Notes: generated by a model from the sequence alone, not told the origin. A DNA stretch of 63,974 nt, filler included, from Folioceros fuciformis (GCA_049999805.1; 6 parts of 4 records of this genome joined end to end with filler, not necessarily neighbours in it); one strand, 5' to 3'; shown: positions 35,411 through 50,100, numbered from the whole stretch's first letter. Program-made: numbers and translations.

Positions 35411-35699
35411 TAGCATATATAGAGACCTAAGGGGCCCCGGACCACCAAAGGCCAAGGACATACCCCACTCACCTACCTACAGACCTGGTCCTTAATGTTC
35501 TCAATGACCCGAGGGCCAAGAAGGCACTCGCTCATTCCCCCTCCTTGTCCCAGTCTCCAGTACACCCCAAACCCCGAAGCCCAAGAGGGACTTTGGGCAT
35601 AAACACCCTAGACTTATTTACCTACTAAGCCAATTCGCTTGTCCCTTTACAGAAAAAATCACAACCTGCTCATTCTGTCGCTCTAAATGGGGGTTCCGA

Positions 35700-37888
35700 A
35701 AGTTTTTTTTTCGTTCACAGCTGCCAAACACTCTAAGGTGAGACAGGTCTGGTTTGCTACCCATTCAGACTTCAAAGGGTGTATTGCCACAAAAAGAAGA
35801 AACAGCTGAACGATTTTGAAGGTATGTTGCAACTTGCACTGCTTTCTGCCCAGAATTTAACTGAAAGTCTCCCCTGGTAGAGGAGAGCTCTGGCAGCGTC
35901 CTGAATTGTTCTATGTCTTCTATCAGCTCGACCATTCATATCAGAGTGATAAGGAATGGTGAGTTGTCTGGCTATTCCCCTCTCTTGGAATACTCCTGAA
36001 AAGCTGTAGATAGATACTCTTTTCCATTGTCTGAACGAATGCACTTTAACTTATAGCAGGTTTGTCTCTTTGCATATGCGAGGTACCGCTTGACGCCCCC
36101 AAACACCTCACTCTTATGGCGAAGCAGCTTTGTCACTATGAAGTGTGACTTGTCGTCGTCAAACACAACAAAATATCGAGCTCCTCCCCAAGAGTTCACA
36201 GACATCGGCCCACAGGTATTAGTGTGAACCAGGTCCAGCAGTACTGTGGCTTTCTTAGGCTTCCCATTGCCAAAGTGTGATTTAAATTGCTTACCATGTA
36301 CACAGGCCACACACAAATCAAGATTAGGGAGCTCCTACACACTGAAACCAGTGACCATCTTCTCTTTAAGAAGTCGCCTCATAGCCTGTATGTTGGGATG
36401 TTCTAGGCGGCAACACCACGTAAATGCATTGCTTGTGCTGCCAGGGTTCGGACTAACATCAATGACGTTGGCTGATTCATGTGGGAGATCAAAAGCAAAG
36501 TCCAGCAAATAAAGATCAAACAGAGGAGTCCCTTGAGCAATTATGATTGATGGTGCATACAGTCTGTAAACATGGCATTCAGTGCCCTCTAGAGTAATTT
36601 TGTACAGGCCAGTTTTTCCCAGAGCCATAGTGCTGACCAAATTCTTTGCAAGAGCTGGTACATGCAAGACATTGTTCAAGAGTAAGCAGCTTCCATCCTT
36701 CAGTGTGATTTGAATTGTTCTAGTTCCTTTGATAGGAATAGTTGAATTGTCTCCTAACACCACAGATGTTTGATGGCAAGTGGAAGACGGCATATACGTG
36801 ATAAAGGACGTTCTCTTCGAACACATGTGATTAGAAGCTCTGCTGTCTAGAAACCACTTCTGATAGGCTTTCGTACAAGAAGTGAGACATGCCACCAGTA
36901 GACCAGGGGTAGAAGCCCTAACTGTGTATGAGCTTCTGTTTGCCTGCCTCTCGCACTCTCATCTTTAACTTTCTTCCTACAGTCCTTTATCCAATGTCTT
37001 GGCTTCCCACAGTAGTTGCAGTTTCCAGGTTTAGAAGTAGAGTTGGAGGGTAACTAGCCAGAGGGTGACGAGGATGACATAGCTTGTCCTCTACCCTTGC
37101 CAAGACCACCTCTACCTCTCCCCCTACCTCTACCACGTCCTCTGCCCCTCCTAGAAAACAAGGTGTATCACTCTGTTTATGTGGAGCATGAGACAAGGAA
37201 GAACTACCCTTCATCTGTTTTCTATTGGCTTCAAACTGCAGTAAGGCTCCTACAACCTTCTGTACAGTAAGGTTAGACGTTGCTGGGGTAGTTGTTGTGG
37301 CAGGTGTGACTGTTGCTGCTGTTTGCAAGCTTGAACTGAAGTATTCATAGCTGGAAGGAAGAGAAAGCAACAGCTAAACTACTGCTCTTGATTCTGAGAT
37401 GATCACTCCACAAGAAGCAAGTCTGGCTCTCAAAGCCCTGAACTTGGAAACGTGACTCTCAACAGAGTCACTCTCTCTCATGCGGAGTGTCTGATACTGC
37501 AGTGTGGCTGCAGCCTCTGCTACCATATCCTTAGTGTCATAAGTCTCTGATAGCAATGACTAGATCTCGTTTGAAGTCTGCATCATTCTTATATGAGGTA
37601 TCATCTCTTGAGACATGAAAGCCACAAGTATATTTCTTGCCTTCCTGTCCTTGGAATTCCATTCTAACTCGTCATTTTGTGTACACTTGTGTACCGTGCC
37701 GCCAGGTGTAGGGGGTCCAGAGGGCTGGCCAGCAACTTTCTTAGGTATGGACCCATCAACAACGTCCATTGGAAGCTTGTAATCAAGGATGCAACGCACC
37801 CTAAATTCCAGGCATCAAAATTATGTGAGGTCAATCGATCCTTTTCCTGCAATCTTTCTGATCCAGAGTAAGGATTAGATGACCCCAT
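35700..37888 (-). mobile_element. Degenerate Ty1/Copia gag-protease-integrase; RT/RNaseH absent
   Basis: Gag (LLSLPSSYEYF), zinc knuckle CNYCGKPRHWIKDC, protease WFLDSRASNHM and integrase LDLVHTNTCGPM..IRSDNGKEY..NGRADRRHRTI..FWAE, with stops and frameshifts. Confidence 0.92.
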
Positions 37889-38677
37889 GATGCTTGTAAG
37901 TCACAACTTCTGACTTAGAGAGGAACAGCCGACAGGTGAGCCAACTACTCCCTTAGACTGTCTATGTCCTGTTCTTGCTTAGTCATCGTCATGAGATCAA
38001 TCGACCTCTGACTCTCAAGTTGATCTTGTCTTGATTGCAGATTGTCAGCGCGAGTAGTGTACTCCAGCAAAGTACTTCTCACATTCAAAATGGAATTCAG
38101 AATAGCATCACGCTCTGAAAATTTCTCTAGAGATGACTGAGCAATACTAGAATGTAGAAGACTTGATGACGATAAGCAGTAGTGCTGATCTTTGTTGGCA
38201 AATTTTCTCCTTTGAAATTGCTCAAATTTCTGAGTCTGAATCGACGTCTTCTGATGCAGTTACTTGCGAATTGACAAGAACTCTGAGGAATTGAGCCCGC
38301 TCTACTCGCTTTGCTGGGGACGCTCCCTTCTTGAAGAATTTCCTTTCAAATTCAGCCTACGCGAATTGTCTAGATTTTCCCTTCTCAAATTCTGGCCAGG
38401 ATTGCCTAAGGGAATTCCTCCGAGGCATCCTCGTTTTTGAGACTAGGGTTTCATCAACCTAGATGTGGGCCACCGCTCTTAGCCCGGCCTACCCTCTACC
38501 CAGGCTATTGTATTGGTTGCGGCGAGTGGGAGAGGGCACCGACCGAGTGTCCACACTCTTGGGCTAAGAGCAACATTCGGCCATGCCTCACTTCTGGCAA
38601 GGAGGTATAGTTGACTTGTACTTGCATGTGTGTAGCGAACATGCAATGAGAATGCTTTCCAGAATGCTAGCACAAGC

Positions 38678-38862
38678 TTTTTGCCAAGTTATGCAAAAAT
38701 ACTAAAAGTCAGCACAGGCTTTTTGCCGAAATATGCAAGAATACTAAAAGTGAGACCCTGCATGTTCCTTTTGCCAAGTTATGCAAAAATACTAAAAGTC
38801 AGCACAAGCTTTTTGCCGAAATATGCAAGAATACTAAAAGTGAGACCCAACATGTTCCTTTG
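38678..38862. repeat. Tandem repeat, ~90-bp dimeric unit
   Basis: TTTTGCC(A/G)A..TATGCAA.AATACTAAAAGT occurs four times in an alternating pattern. Confidence 0.85.
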
Positions 38863-39018
38863 CCGATTCACGAAGTAAATTAGCACTATCCTCATGAATC
38901 GCATAGCATAGTAGAACACTTCCACTCCTTTTTAGGATCATACATTCCCAACAATGGAGTAACTCAACTTCGTTTTCAAGTATTCAACTATTCCTTAGCA
39001 CTCACTAGATCCAATTCT

Positions 39019-39750
39019 AAGCTTGTGACATCTTCAAGAGGTTAGTTATGAGGCTGTTATCTTAACCAATATACAAACCTTTTACATATAAAATCCAAAT
39101 TCATAAAGTTATGAATATCATCATGCATGCTCTTAAGGGGTTGCTAATCTTGAATGGCTTTGAATCTTGATGCTCTTAGGAGGTTGTTAATCGGGAATGA
39201 CTTTGGATCTAGATGCCCTTGGCAAAGGCGATAAAATGTTCATAAAATCAACCATATTAATGCACTTTCAACCTCCATATTAATGCACTCTCAACCTTTA
39301 GGCTAATACTAAATCTAGCTAATACTAGCACAAACTACCTTGTCCTTCTTGAATATCTCATTAGTATATAACGTTATATCTGCAAGCTTGTGACATCTTC
39401 AAGAGGTTAGTTATGGGGCTGCTATCTTAATCGATATACAAACCTTTTACATACAAAATCCAAATCCATAAAGTTATGAATGTCATCATGCACGCTCTTA
39501 AGGGGTTGCCAATCTTGAATGGCTTTGGATCTTGATGCTCTTAGGAGGTTGTTAATCTTGAATGACTTTGGATCTAGATGCCCTTGGCAAAGGCAATAAA
39601 ATGTTCATAAAATCAACCATATTAATGCACTCTCAACCTCCATATTAATGCACTCTCAACCTCCATATTAATGCACTCTCAACCTTTAGGCTAATACTAA
39701 ATCTAGCTAATACTAGCACAAACTGCCTTGTCTTTCTTGAATATCTCATT
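39019..39750. repeat. ~365-bp tandem duplication with an internal 22-bp repeat
   Basis: AAGCTTGTGACATCTTCAAGAGGTTAG starts at ~39019 and ~39384. CCATATTAATGCACTCTCAACCT occurs x2 in the first copy and x3 in the second. Confidence 0.85.
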
Positions 39751-41828
39751 GGAATATGACATTGCATCTACACACACTTTATTGGATCTCATTCATTGTA
39801 GACTTAAGATGATATCATAATTATCTATATCTATGTTCCCTTAAATTAGTGTCATCCTTGATACTAGGCGACTTCTACATGTTTTCACAACATGTGGCCC
39901 TTGATGTCATTTGGTTGTTCATGAAGAGCTGAAATGACTCGGGATGTAAGAAGCTCTACATGTTTTCACAACATGTGGCCCTTGATGTCATTTGGGTGTT
40001 CATGAAGAGCCGAAATGACTCGGGATCCAAGAAGCTCTTGGTTATGAGTTTCTCGAATCCAGAGTCTTAAAACAGATGGATTCTTAGCTATCAAATTCAA
40101 CTTGGAATTTCTAGCATGTAGGCAATTTTTAGCAAAGCGTCTTTGCTCTCCAAGGATGTAGCATGCACCAAAGCTAGGTATTTCTCGTTGGCTCTCACGT
40201 CTATGACCTATGTTCACTCCTCTAGCTCTTTCTTTGCTTGTAGTTTCATTTGTTTCACTAGTCCCATAAGCAATAGCTTTTCCTTTACCTTTGCATCTAC
40301 CATGAGGTCTTGGATGCCTTCTTCTTGACATTGGTGCTTTCTTAGCAAGCATGTCTAGTATCACAATTGATGGTACCATAACTTTTCGTAGCATCTAGGA
40401 TTTGTCAAGGCAAATCTATATTGAGCCTACTTCTTAAGTCTAGTAGCAAACTTATGGAATTTATCCTTGTAATGTATTTCAAGACATTGCAAAACAATGG
40501 AGTTGAAGATATGTGGTGAGTCATCTACTATGAAAAATAACACTAATTTGAGGAAAGGTGGATATATCATCTTAGGTCTAGAGTGGATGAGATCTAATGA
40601 GGTGTGTATAGATGTGATGTTACGTACTATTGAGATATCCAAAAAGCACAAGAGGGTTGTGCTAGTATTAGTTTGAAGCTTGAAAGTATATTAATATTGT
40701 TGATTTCAAAAGAACAGCTCAAGAAGAAGGACATCTAACACAAGAAGGAGTTGTACTTAGTTGTGTTCCAAGGATTGGAAGAAGGTCTAGAAGAAGATTC
40801 CTCAAACAAAAAAGATATCCCGAAGCAAGGACTAGTTAGACGAGTTTAAGGATTTCCAGCTGAATGAATTGCCAATTGGCACCTTTACCATGAGTAGTAC
40901 ATCATGAGATTGAGTTAAGGCTAGAAAGTATGCCTTCGTTGAGAGCACTACCTTTATCATCAATAGTAGATTATGAGATTGAGTTAAGCCCAAGAAGGAC
41001 GCTTTCATTGAGAGCACCATATAGAAGTAGATTAGAAGGACGCCTGCATTGAGAGCACCATATAGATTGGCATAGGATGAGGTGTGGTAACTGTTAGTAT
41101 AGGCGTGTCTAACCCTAACATAGGTTAGACATACAGGTNNNNNNNNNNTTCTTGCCTACGCCTATCGGCCTTCCGCGCGTACTCGACACTTGTCAGTAAC
41201 CCAAATGTCAACAATCAAACATGTTGGCCAAAGAATACATTGATATCAAAGTCTCTAAGTCTCCTTTGGGATATATCAAACTCTTAAAGTTTCCTTTGGG
41301 ATATATCAAACTCTCTAAGTTTCCTTTAGGTGTGCCTATGTTGTTCACATGGAACAATGGAGGATTAAGACTTTGTCTACATTACAAAGCTCTAATATCA
41401 CCAATAAAACCGTATTCATATGAGGTGCGGCAAACCATGCATTTAGAAGCAAAAGCAAGGAAACACCAACCCTAGGCCTGCAAGTAACCCTCCTCTACCA
41501 ACGAGCACCAAATACTAGCCCTTGGCCTGTAAGTAGCCCTCCTCTACTAGGAGTACTTCGAACCAGCACTTGTGCTTCTCCTTTTAGTCAGTACTTTGTG
41601 TTACTGCTTTTTGTTTCATAATCACAAATCAACAATAATACACAACATGAGAGGGTTAAAAAGATCTGCCCATCTTTGCTGAAGCTAAGAGCTTAGCTCT
41701 CTCTGTACTTGGCCTCCTCTACAAGAGCTCTCTCAAAGCACATATCTTGGATATTCATAGTCTAAATTCTCCAAATAGTGAATACTTTCAAAAGATGAGA
41801 AAATTCCCTTAACCCAAGGCTCAGGCTT

Positions 41829-42021
41829 AGGCCCCTTTTACACTAAGGACTCTTATACTCTTTTAGTGAAGACCCATAGGCCCCTTTTACTCTAAGGACT
41901 CTTATACTCTTCTAGTGAAGACCCATAGGCCCCTTGTACACTAAGACTCTTACACTCTTTTAGTAAAGATCTGTAGGCCCCTTTCACACTAAGACTCTTA
42001 TACTCTGTTAGTAAAGACCCA
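41829..42021. repeat. ~49-bp minisatellite, 4 copies
   Basis: AGGCCCCTTTTACACTAAG(G)ACTCTTATACTCTTTTAGTGAAGACCCAT repeated. Confidence 0.85.
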
Positions 42022-42313
42022 TTCCAGCGCTCCCTGTTTCATGGAGGCTCACGCACGCAAGCTTTGTTACTATTTACTGCTTATCGGAGACTACCCAATG
42101 TGTATTGCGTACACTGGACGCTTCGGTTGCGGCCTTCTTTCAGTGCTCTATCTCAGGTCAGGCCGAGGGAATTTCACTTTCAAGAATTGGCACGAGTGGC
42201 GGGATCATACATGCCTACATGCTATGGAAACATTTTGGGTTCTAGGTACATACTTGACAATCCATCGTGAGTGCAGACAAACTACGTGACCAGAAATTTG
42301 TTCCAGCACGGGA

Positions 42314-44611
42314 CTAGTCGTCGTTTGCTCCAAACTGTGTGGAGTTTCCGTTCCAATACGCATTGCCACCCCGTCGAGGTCCCTCCACCCCATCATTCTG
42401 CAGCGTATGAATATTGCTCCCCGGCCCCCTTCCAACTCCAGCGACCCTGTTTGCGCCCTGTGGAGGGGAAGTTGATTCTGTGGATAGGTACAACAAGACA
42501 CACTTGTTAGTGTATATAGAACATATTTGTACCTTCCTCTCGAGAGCCGGTGAGTTACTGTCACGATACACATTGATACCTTCAACAGAAGTGTGACCAG
42601 ATCCTTCACGGTTAAGAGCTCGCAGGTATGCAAGAGGATTGACATATGAGAGAAGCCTCCACAGGATTGATGGCTGGTTCGTGTCAGGAGCTTGGCTTCT
42701 TTCAGTTGCTGCTGGAGTGCTTGGGGAAGTTTTCCGAAACCTTGGAATAACCATCAAACCATCACGAGATCCAAGTTTCAACTCCACGAGGGTCTTATAA
42801 AGATCTGGTCAGCGAACAACAAATTGATCACAAAGAAGTTAGTAGGCCTGTCAGTCGATAACCGCTGGAGGAATGGAGCACTACCCTAACTAGACAAATG
42901 CTAGAGAGTATGATTACCATGATCCGTGAAGACTTTCACTGGGAAACGAATAGCCAGATCATAAGGTGTCTCTGTCCATTCCCCATCCACTCTTTCCTTC
43001 ACCTTCAGCAGTAAGTCGGTGTTCTCAAACTCTTCCTGCATTGTTTTCCCATCTGGTAGCCGTATTGCAAGCCAGATCTTGTTGCTTGCTTTAACACCTG
43101 CCATTGTTCTCGAGTCAACGACTCCAAGTCCAGAGGTACTCGCTGCTTCTTCATGAGAAGAAGCCCTCACTAGGATCTCTCCGCAATCCTCGCCAGGGTG
43201 TACTGTCAAGCTACTTAGAAGTGTAGTCTGGTCACTCCCTAACGCAGGTACTCTTGCCTCATAGTTGCCTTCAGGTAGATAAGGGACCGCTACAGTTGCT
43301 GCTTCTGCAGCGCGTGTCATTTCTAATGTTTCGGAAGGAGAACCATCACCGAGGCTGGAGGGCTTGAGGACAGCGGCTGAGACTGCTCCATGGACACTGG
43401 ATGACGGAAGTCGGTCTTCAATTTCCACATCAGGTGATGGAGACAAGAGTGTGGTACGCCGTGTCAAATTCACAGAGGAGAGCATTGCCATCATGGCACT
43501 TGCAGCAGCAGCACTCCGGAACTGTGGAATTTGCAACCAAAGACATACATTTAAACGTCTTCATGGGGTTGCTCAGAAACTACAAGCAACCACAGGGAGG
43601 AAATGACCACCTGCAAGGTGCTTTTCGCATCCTGAACAAGCTTCAGGAACTCCTCTGCTGTCACATGTCCCTCTGCAGCAGGCCACAGGCACACATCACG
43701 TCAGAGTCGCATGCAGTTCACTCGCATTTTAGACCCAACCTCGCCATGCTGTCATGAGACTTGGATGCACCTGTGTATGCTCATCAGTAATCATGCTAAG
43801 AACAAACTATTTCAAACCTTTCTGTCCAATGCATGAACCATCGTGCCCGACCAAAGTAATACTTGGAACACCGCGGATGGGATCTTGTATGGAGTCAAGG
43901 CCACTTCTCGATGAAATACATTAAGTTGAGCTGGAAGATGCAAAGAAAACATCCAAAGAGCAAGAAGGAATGTCATGGGGACGGACATCCGCCCATGACC
44001 AGAGGAGCAGGAAAGCAAGAAGGATACACAGGGACGAAAAGCTGTTAGCATCACGGCTGCGCTCCTCTAATCGGAGGGCGATGCAATCCTCCCTGACGCA
44101 TTTAACAACCTGCCAGCAAATAATGTCAAGTGCGAGCTCACAAGGACGTAACTCCCAGGACCTGAGACAATTCACTGCACCATACTGACCGCGCTGTCTA
44201 TCCAAGTTTGCTCCATCCATGTGGACACCTCGTCTGATCCTGCAACCAGCATGCATCACAAGCCCGCAACAGTTCAGCACGACTTTCCAAATAGTCAAAT
44301 GTCAGAACCTTCGCAAGACATAACAGTACCTGAAACGTACACCACAAGGATCTTCTGTCCATCCTTTGCAGCGTCAACAGCATGGGGAATGAGTCCCTTG
44401 AAAAACACAGAGTGCACAGCCTCGGATGGATTGCTGCTAGGTCCATCCTGCCAAATCAAGTTGCTTAAGTAGGCCACAGAAAGCATTCCTGTTGCAGACG
44501 CTGCAGGAAGAAGGCACATCCATACCTCCACCGATTGTCAAGTTGCAGAGAAAATAAAAAGTGAAAATTTACCCCGGTGATCCCATTTGCTCCGACCGAT
44601 TCCTCCACCAT
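42314..44611 (-). CDS. Plant UBX-domain protein (PUX11/UBXN4-like), multi-exon; start approximate
   Basis: N-terminal thioredoxin-like region (FKGLIPHAVDAAK..ILVVYVS), UBX domain LAIRLPDGKTM..F..YDLAIRFPVKVF, membrane segment WRLLSYVNPLAY, and C-terminal SNIHTL..YWNGNSTQF. Confidence 0.85.
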
Positions 44612-45236
44612 CTCAGCCGCGAACGAGTTTGAAACCTTCAGCCCGAGTGCGGAAGACAACGAGGGCAAGCACCCGAGGTGTAGATAAGGCGCACTAACGT
44701 GCAGGTGTAACGATGCCGAGCTTCTAAATGTAAAGGATGTCGAATTTACCGCCTAATTGCAGCCACAGTGTCGAGCCTTGAGGAATAGCGATTGCCGAGA
44801 ACACTTTTTTAGGGTAGAGGTGAGGTGAAGGATTGTCAACTATATCGCTGGCGAAGTAGCGGCTGGTCGTGGCAGCAGGCATGGCAATGTCCATTCAAGG
44901 TGGTTCTCCATCTGCACCTGCTGTTTGAGACTATGACATGTGGATCCTGTGGCTGGTCTCTTGCTGGCCTGAGATTTTGGAGTTGAGAGCAGCCCTGGGA
45001 GTGATGATGGCAGATTATACGTACCTCGCGACTACGTTAGGGGCATGTTTCTGTTAGAAATTGTGATGACCTGAACATGCCAGAGCTGTGGTGGACGCTA
45101 ATGTTTGTTCATGTGCACGTACTTGGTGTGGCGGATTGGTGGCTGCGATTTCAACATCTGAATTGACAGTGTGAGTTACTCCCCCTAGGTTGAAGGTCGT
45201 CCATCCGTCGCTGCTGCCTGTAGGGCTTGTGGAAAC

Positions 45237-45921
45237 ATGGAGGACTGGAGAGCTTACGCTCGTGCTTGCTTCGGCCCATGCAGGCTCGCGGGTTTGGCGT
45301 TCATGTTTTCTGTGGGCATCCTTATGCAGATTTTGGTAAGAGGCGCAATTTGATATCCATTTTCTGCCTCTGTCACACTCTAAACCCTAACTAGACATGC
45401 TTGATCACAGGGTTGCGCTTTGTACAACAATTGGTGGCCCATGCTGACAGGTGCACCTGCATCCTACATCTGATGAATATGCTCAGTTGTTGCAGGTGGC
45501 CTTCTTGTTTGCGTTCGGATTCCCTCACTTTCTGTCCGTTTGCAGCTTTGATGTATGTGATGGTTCCCATGCCCTGTTTATTCTTCGGGGGAGCCTCGGA
45601 TACGGACTTCATCAGCGTGGCTGATGGCGGAGAGTAAGGGTCGTTTTGGTTGTTAAACATTTATCTTCTTGTCGTTGTCGGGGAGAGCAGGAATGCATTC
45701 CAAGTGAGTGACGATACTCGATGATTGTTGATAACAGTTGGGCAGACGCCGCCAAATTCCTGACAGGTTTCTCTGCCGTGGGAAGCATAGCCATCCCTGT
45801 CATCCTACGCCATGCTGATCTTATTAAAACTGGGGCCATGGTCATTGAGTTATCTTCGTTTGCCGTGCTTCTGGCCACAATTTTTCTCTATCAGCGAGTC
45901 AGTAGAGAAGAAGAATGGTGA
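45237..45921 (+). CDS. VPS55: Vacuolar protein sorting 55 (OB-RGRP/Vps55 family), multi-exon
   Basis: LAGLAFMFSVGILMQIL/GCALYNNWWPMLT/ALMYVMVPMPCLFFGG/WADAAKFLTGFSAVGSIAIPVILRHA. An upstream ATG exon (44881) is possible. Confidence 0.9.
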
Positions 45922-46289
45922 TGAGCCGTGCACTTATGTATTTTATCACATCACAGTAATGGCAAAGTGAACACGTACATATGGTTTCCGGCTCAAAAAA
46001 TTCCCGTCATACTGACACCTGAACCTTTGTCCAATTCTGCGGTGTCTCCTACGAAAACAAATTCTCTGGGGATCGTCCGTGTGCAGGTGTTTCATCCCGT
46101 TCGCACCAATCTTATCTGTAAAACTTGCGGAGTGCTTGAGCTCGGATTTGCAGAGCGATACTCTCACTACTTGGCTACAGTCAGGCACAGGACAACAATA
46201 CGTAGCTGAGGACATTTGGATCCGTAACACTTGAGCTGAGTGACAGTTTGGAAAGGAAGAGCAGGCAGCAATGTGGCAAGCATACCTAA

Positions 46290-46631
46290 CTACGAAGCAG
46301 GAGCAGGAGCATCTGTGGAAGCCTCGGCTTTGTCTTGGACCTGGACGTCGAGGTCGGAAGTATCGAGGCCCCAGATAGGAGGGGGCTTGCGCATCTTGGG
46401 GTAGACGGTCGGACCCATGCGATTCTTATCGTAGGGGTTGTGCTTCTTGGGACGCGTCTTCACATGGTGCGCCGTCGCCTTCTTCTGTGGCCGAGACGAG
46501 CATTCTACCCGCAGAGGGCACGCTGGCCTGGAACTGTAGCTGCTGGTGCCGGAGCTTGCGCCCGTGCTGGCTACACTAGGCAAGCGGGTCAGAGAGAGTG
46601 AGGATAGCGAAGAAGCGAGCGCAGTCGCCAT
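46290..46631 (-). CDS. PSRP6: Plastid-specific 50S ribosomal protein 6 (cL38)
   Basis: Ser/Ala-rich transit peptide followed by VECSSRPQKKATAHHVKTRPKK...PTVYP. Confidence 0.92.
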   Translation of the reverse strand: MATALASSLSSLSLTRLPSVASTGASSGTSSYSSRPACPLRVECSSRPQKKATAHHVKTRPKKHNPYDKNRMGPTVYPKMRKPPPIWGLDTSDLDVQVQDKAEASTDAPAPAS

Positions 46632-47124
46632 GCTTGCCTAACGGGAGAAATCTGTAATCCACGAGCGTGGCTGTCAATCGCCCTGTCGAGACGGATATGA
46701 TACAGTGCCCTGCACTTTATAGAGGCGTAACTGATGGACGTATGTGCCACAGAACTCCACAAATTTTGTTACTTAATAAACGATTTCGACTTTGTTCAGC
46801 ACGAGATTGGTTCAGTGTTGCATCCTTGCGATGTCTGCAGGCTCCCTGTTTGAAAGCAGACCGCGCAGATTCATGTCCATGGCTGGTCGCGGAAGTTTGA
46901 AATTGCGCACGAGTCCAGCCAGCTTTGAGAGCCCATTTGGTTTTCACTATGCCTCCTCCCCCAGCCACGGGGCTCGCAAAGCTGGCTGGCTGGGCTTGTG
47001 TGCCACCAAGAAATTCTCGCCGCCTTATTCCGAATTTGTATTCCTTTGCCTTTGATTTTGTACACCAGTCTGGATTGAACAAAAGTCTCGCCTGGAAGCA
47101 CGGAATCGGGATAAATTGGAGGTG

Positions 47125-50100
47125 ATGCCCATGCTATTGCAGCAGCAGCTGCAGTTCCAGCAGCTGCAGCTACAGGCATTTCCGAATTCTGGCAGCGTGG
47201 TTCTCAAGCAGCAGCAAGCGTTGCCAGTGCAGCCAAGGTGCAGCTTGATTACGGGACATGGGTTGTCACGTTCTGCTGGAGGTGCAGGGTCCTGTGCCAC
47301 TGCCATGGAAGAGACCGTTCCACAGGAGCTCGTGTGTCAGCGCTTAGGGATGATGAGGCCAGGACGAGATATGGGATTTAGCAGGGAGGAAATGTGTGAA
47401 GGGGTTGAAAGCTTGAGGCAACGGTGTGAAGAGGGCGCGCTGAGGGAGGCTGTGGAAGCCTTGGACCTCCTTGTGCAGCGACGATGTGGTGTGGACACCT
47501 CCCTGCTTTATCGTGTTCTGAAAAAATGCATGGCAGATCAGGACCTTGTTCTGGGAAGGCATGTTCACGCTCTTGCTGTTGAGAACGGGTACGAATCAGA
47601 TGCTTTCTTGGCTAATCACGTCATTGGAATGTATGCTTCTCATAGTAGGTTGGATGAAGCGAGGCAGGTGTTCAGGAAGGTAGCCGTGCCAAATGCCTAC
47701 ATGTGGTCCTCCATCATAATGGCGCATGCCCGGCACGGACAGCCCTCAGAGGCTATCAACCTCTATCGGCAGATGCGAGAAGCAGCCTTCGAACCAGACA
47801 ATCATATTTATGTGGCAGTTCTAAAAGCATGTGCTGCTGCTGAAGATCTGGTTGCTGGCCAGGAGGTCCATGGCCACGTGCTGGGGGGCGGCATTCAGGC
47901 TGATGTCTTTGTCGGTAACAGTCTGGTGATCATGTATGCCAAATGTGGAAGCTTGGATGCTGCTCGCAGAGTCTTTGATGGCTTGTCCACAAGAACCGTG
48001 GTGACATGGAATGCCATGCTTGGTGGATATGTTCAGCATGGATGCTGTGAAGAAGCTTTGAGTCTTTATTCAGGCATGCCACGGGTTGAAGCCAATCATG
48101 TGACATTCATGCACCTTCTCCAGGCATGTGTCAGTCTCAAAGCTTTGCACCAGGGAAAGCACCTTCATGCAGAAATTCGGCAAAATGGACTGACGGCTGA
48201 TGTTCTCGTGGGGAATTGCCTGGTGGACATGTATGCCAAGTGTGGGAGTTTGGAGGATGCTCGTAGTGTATTCGACAGCTTGCCGTTAAAGGACATCGTG
48301 ACATGGAATGCCATGATTGTGGGTTATGCACAGCAGGGTCTTGGTGGAGATGCTCTGGCTCTGTATGCACGCATGCAACAGGATGGCATGCCTGCGGCCG
48401 ATCATGTCACATTCTCATGCCTGTTGAAGGCATGTGCCAGCATGAGAACGCTTCATGGAGGAAAGCAACTTCATGCACATATTTGTGAACGAGCTCAGGA
48501 AGCAACCATGTCTGTCGGCAGCAGCCTGGTAGACATGTACTGCAAATGTGAGAGCTTAGAAGATGCTCGTAGAGTATTTGACAGATTGCCCACCACCGAT
48601 GTGGTTACATGGAATGCTATGATGGCGGGGTACAACCAACAGGGCCTCACTCAAGAGGTGTTTGCTTTATTTGATAAAATGCGAGAAGACGTCACAATGC
48701 TACCAGATTGTGTTACGTTTGTGTGCCTTTTGCAAGCATGTGCTAGCATTGGGGCCCTTCATGAGGGAACACAGCTTCATGCACACATTCAGCAACGAGG
48801 ATTGGAAGGTGATGCAGTTGTTGCCAACTCCTTGGTGAACATGTACGCTAAGTGTGGGAGCTTAGAGGGTGCTCGCATTGTATTTGACAGAATGCGCACG
48901 AGAGATGTTATTGCATGGAACACCATGATTGCAGGGTATGCTCAGGAGGGGCTTTGTCAAGAAGCTTTGGCTCTTTACACGAGGATACAGCAGGAGGGTA
49001 CAACTCCAGCAAATCATGTGACATTTGTGTCCGTCTTGAACGCGTGTTCAAGCTTGCAATATTTGCATCAGGGGAAGCAAATCCATGCACAGATTCGAAA
49101 ACGGGGTCTGGAAACTGATGTGTCTGTGGGTACCAGCTTGGTGGTTATGTACGCAAAATGTGGGAGTTTAGACGATGCTCGCGAGGCGTTTGACCGATTG
49201 CCCAGCAAAACTGCGGTGACTTGGAATGCCATGATTACCGGATATGCTCAGCATGGGCATGGCGGCGAAGCTCTTGAGCTTTATGCAACTATGCATGTGG
49301 ATGGTATAACTCCAGCTGATGAGGTTACATTTATCTGCCTTCTGCAAGCCTGTGCTAGCGCAGGAGCTTTGGAGCACGGGAAGCGGCTTCACGCACAGAT
49401 TCGGGAACAGGGACTAGAAGCCGAGCTGGAGATTGGAAACTGCCTGGTGGGCATGTATTCAAAGTGCGGTAGCCTAGAGGATGCTCGGCGAGTGTTTGAT
49501 GAATTGCCAGCAAGAGACGTGGTGACATGGACAAGCATGCTCACAGGATATGGTCAGCATGGTCTCGGTCAAAGAGCTCTTGCGTTGTATGCGGAAATGC
49601 AAAAGGAAAGGGTAGTTGCTGCCAACCATCTGACATTTGTGTGCCTCCTTAAAGCTTGTGCAAGTGTGGGAGCACTGCGCCAGGGAATGGAGCTTCATTC
49701 GCAGATTCATACAGCAGGACTGGAAGATGATGCACTCGTTGGCAACAGCTTGGTGGACATGTACTCAAAATGCGGGAGCCTAGGGGAAGCCCGTAGAGTG
49801 TTTGACAGACTGCCCGAACGAGACGTGGTGACTTGGACAACCATGATCAATGCTTACGCTGAACACGGTGAGGGTGAAATGGCAGTGCAATGCTTCGAAG
49901 AAATGCGTGAGGAAGGTGTGACACCCGATGGAACTACTTTCAACTGTCTTCTCGTGGCATGCAGTCATGCAGGCCTTGTGCACCAGGGCCAGCGATATAT
50001 GAGGATAATGGTGGATGAGTATGGCATCGAGCCCACCGACCATCACTACAGCTGCATGGTTGATCTCCTGGGTCGCTCAGGCTGCCTGGACGAGGCAGAA

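Noticed and set aside
41829-42021. Regular ~49-bp repeats as CRISPR or iterons
   Set aside because: Whole units repeat head-to-tail without spacers; an ordinary minisatellite.
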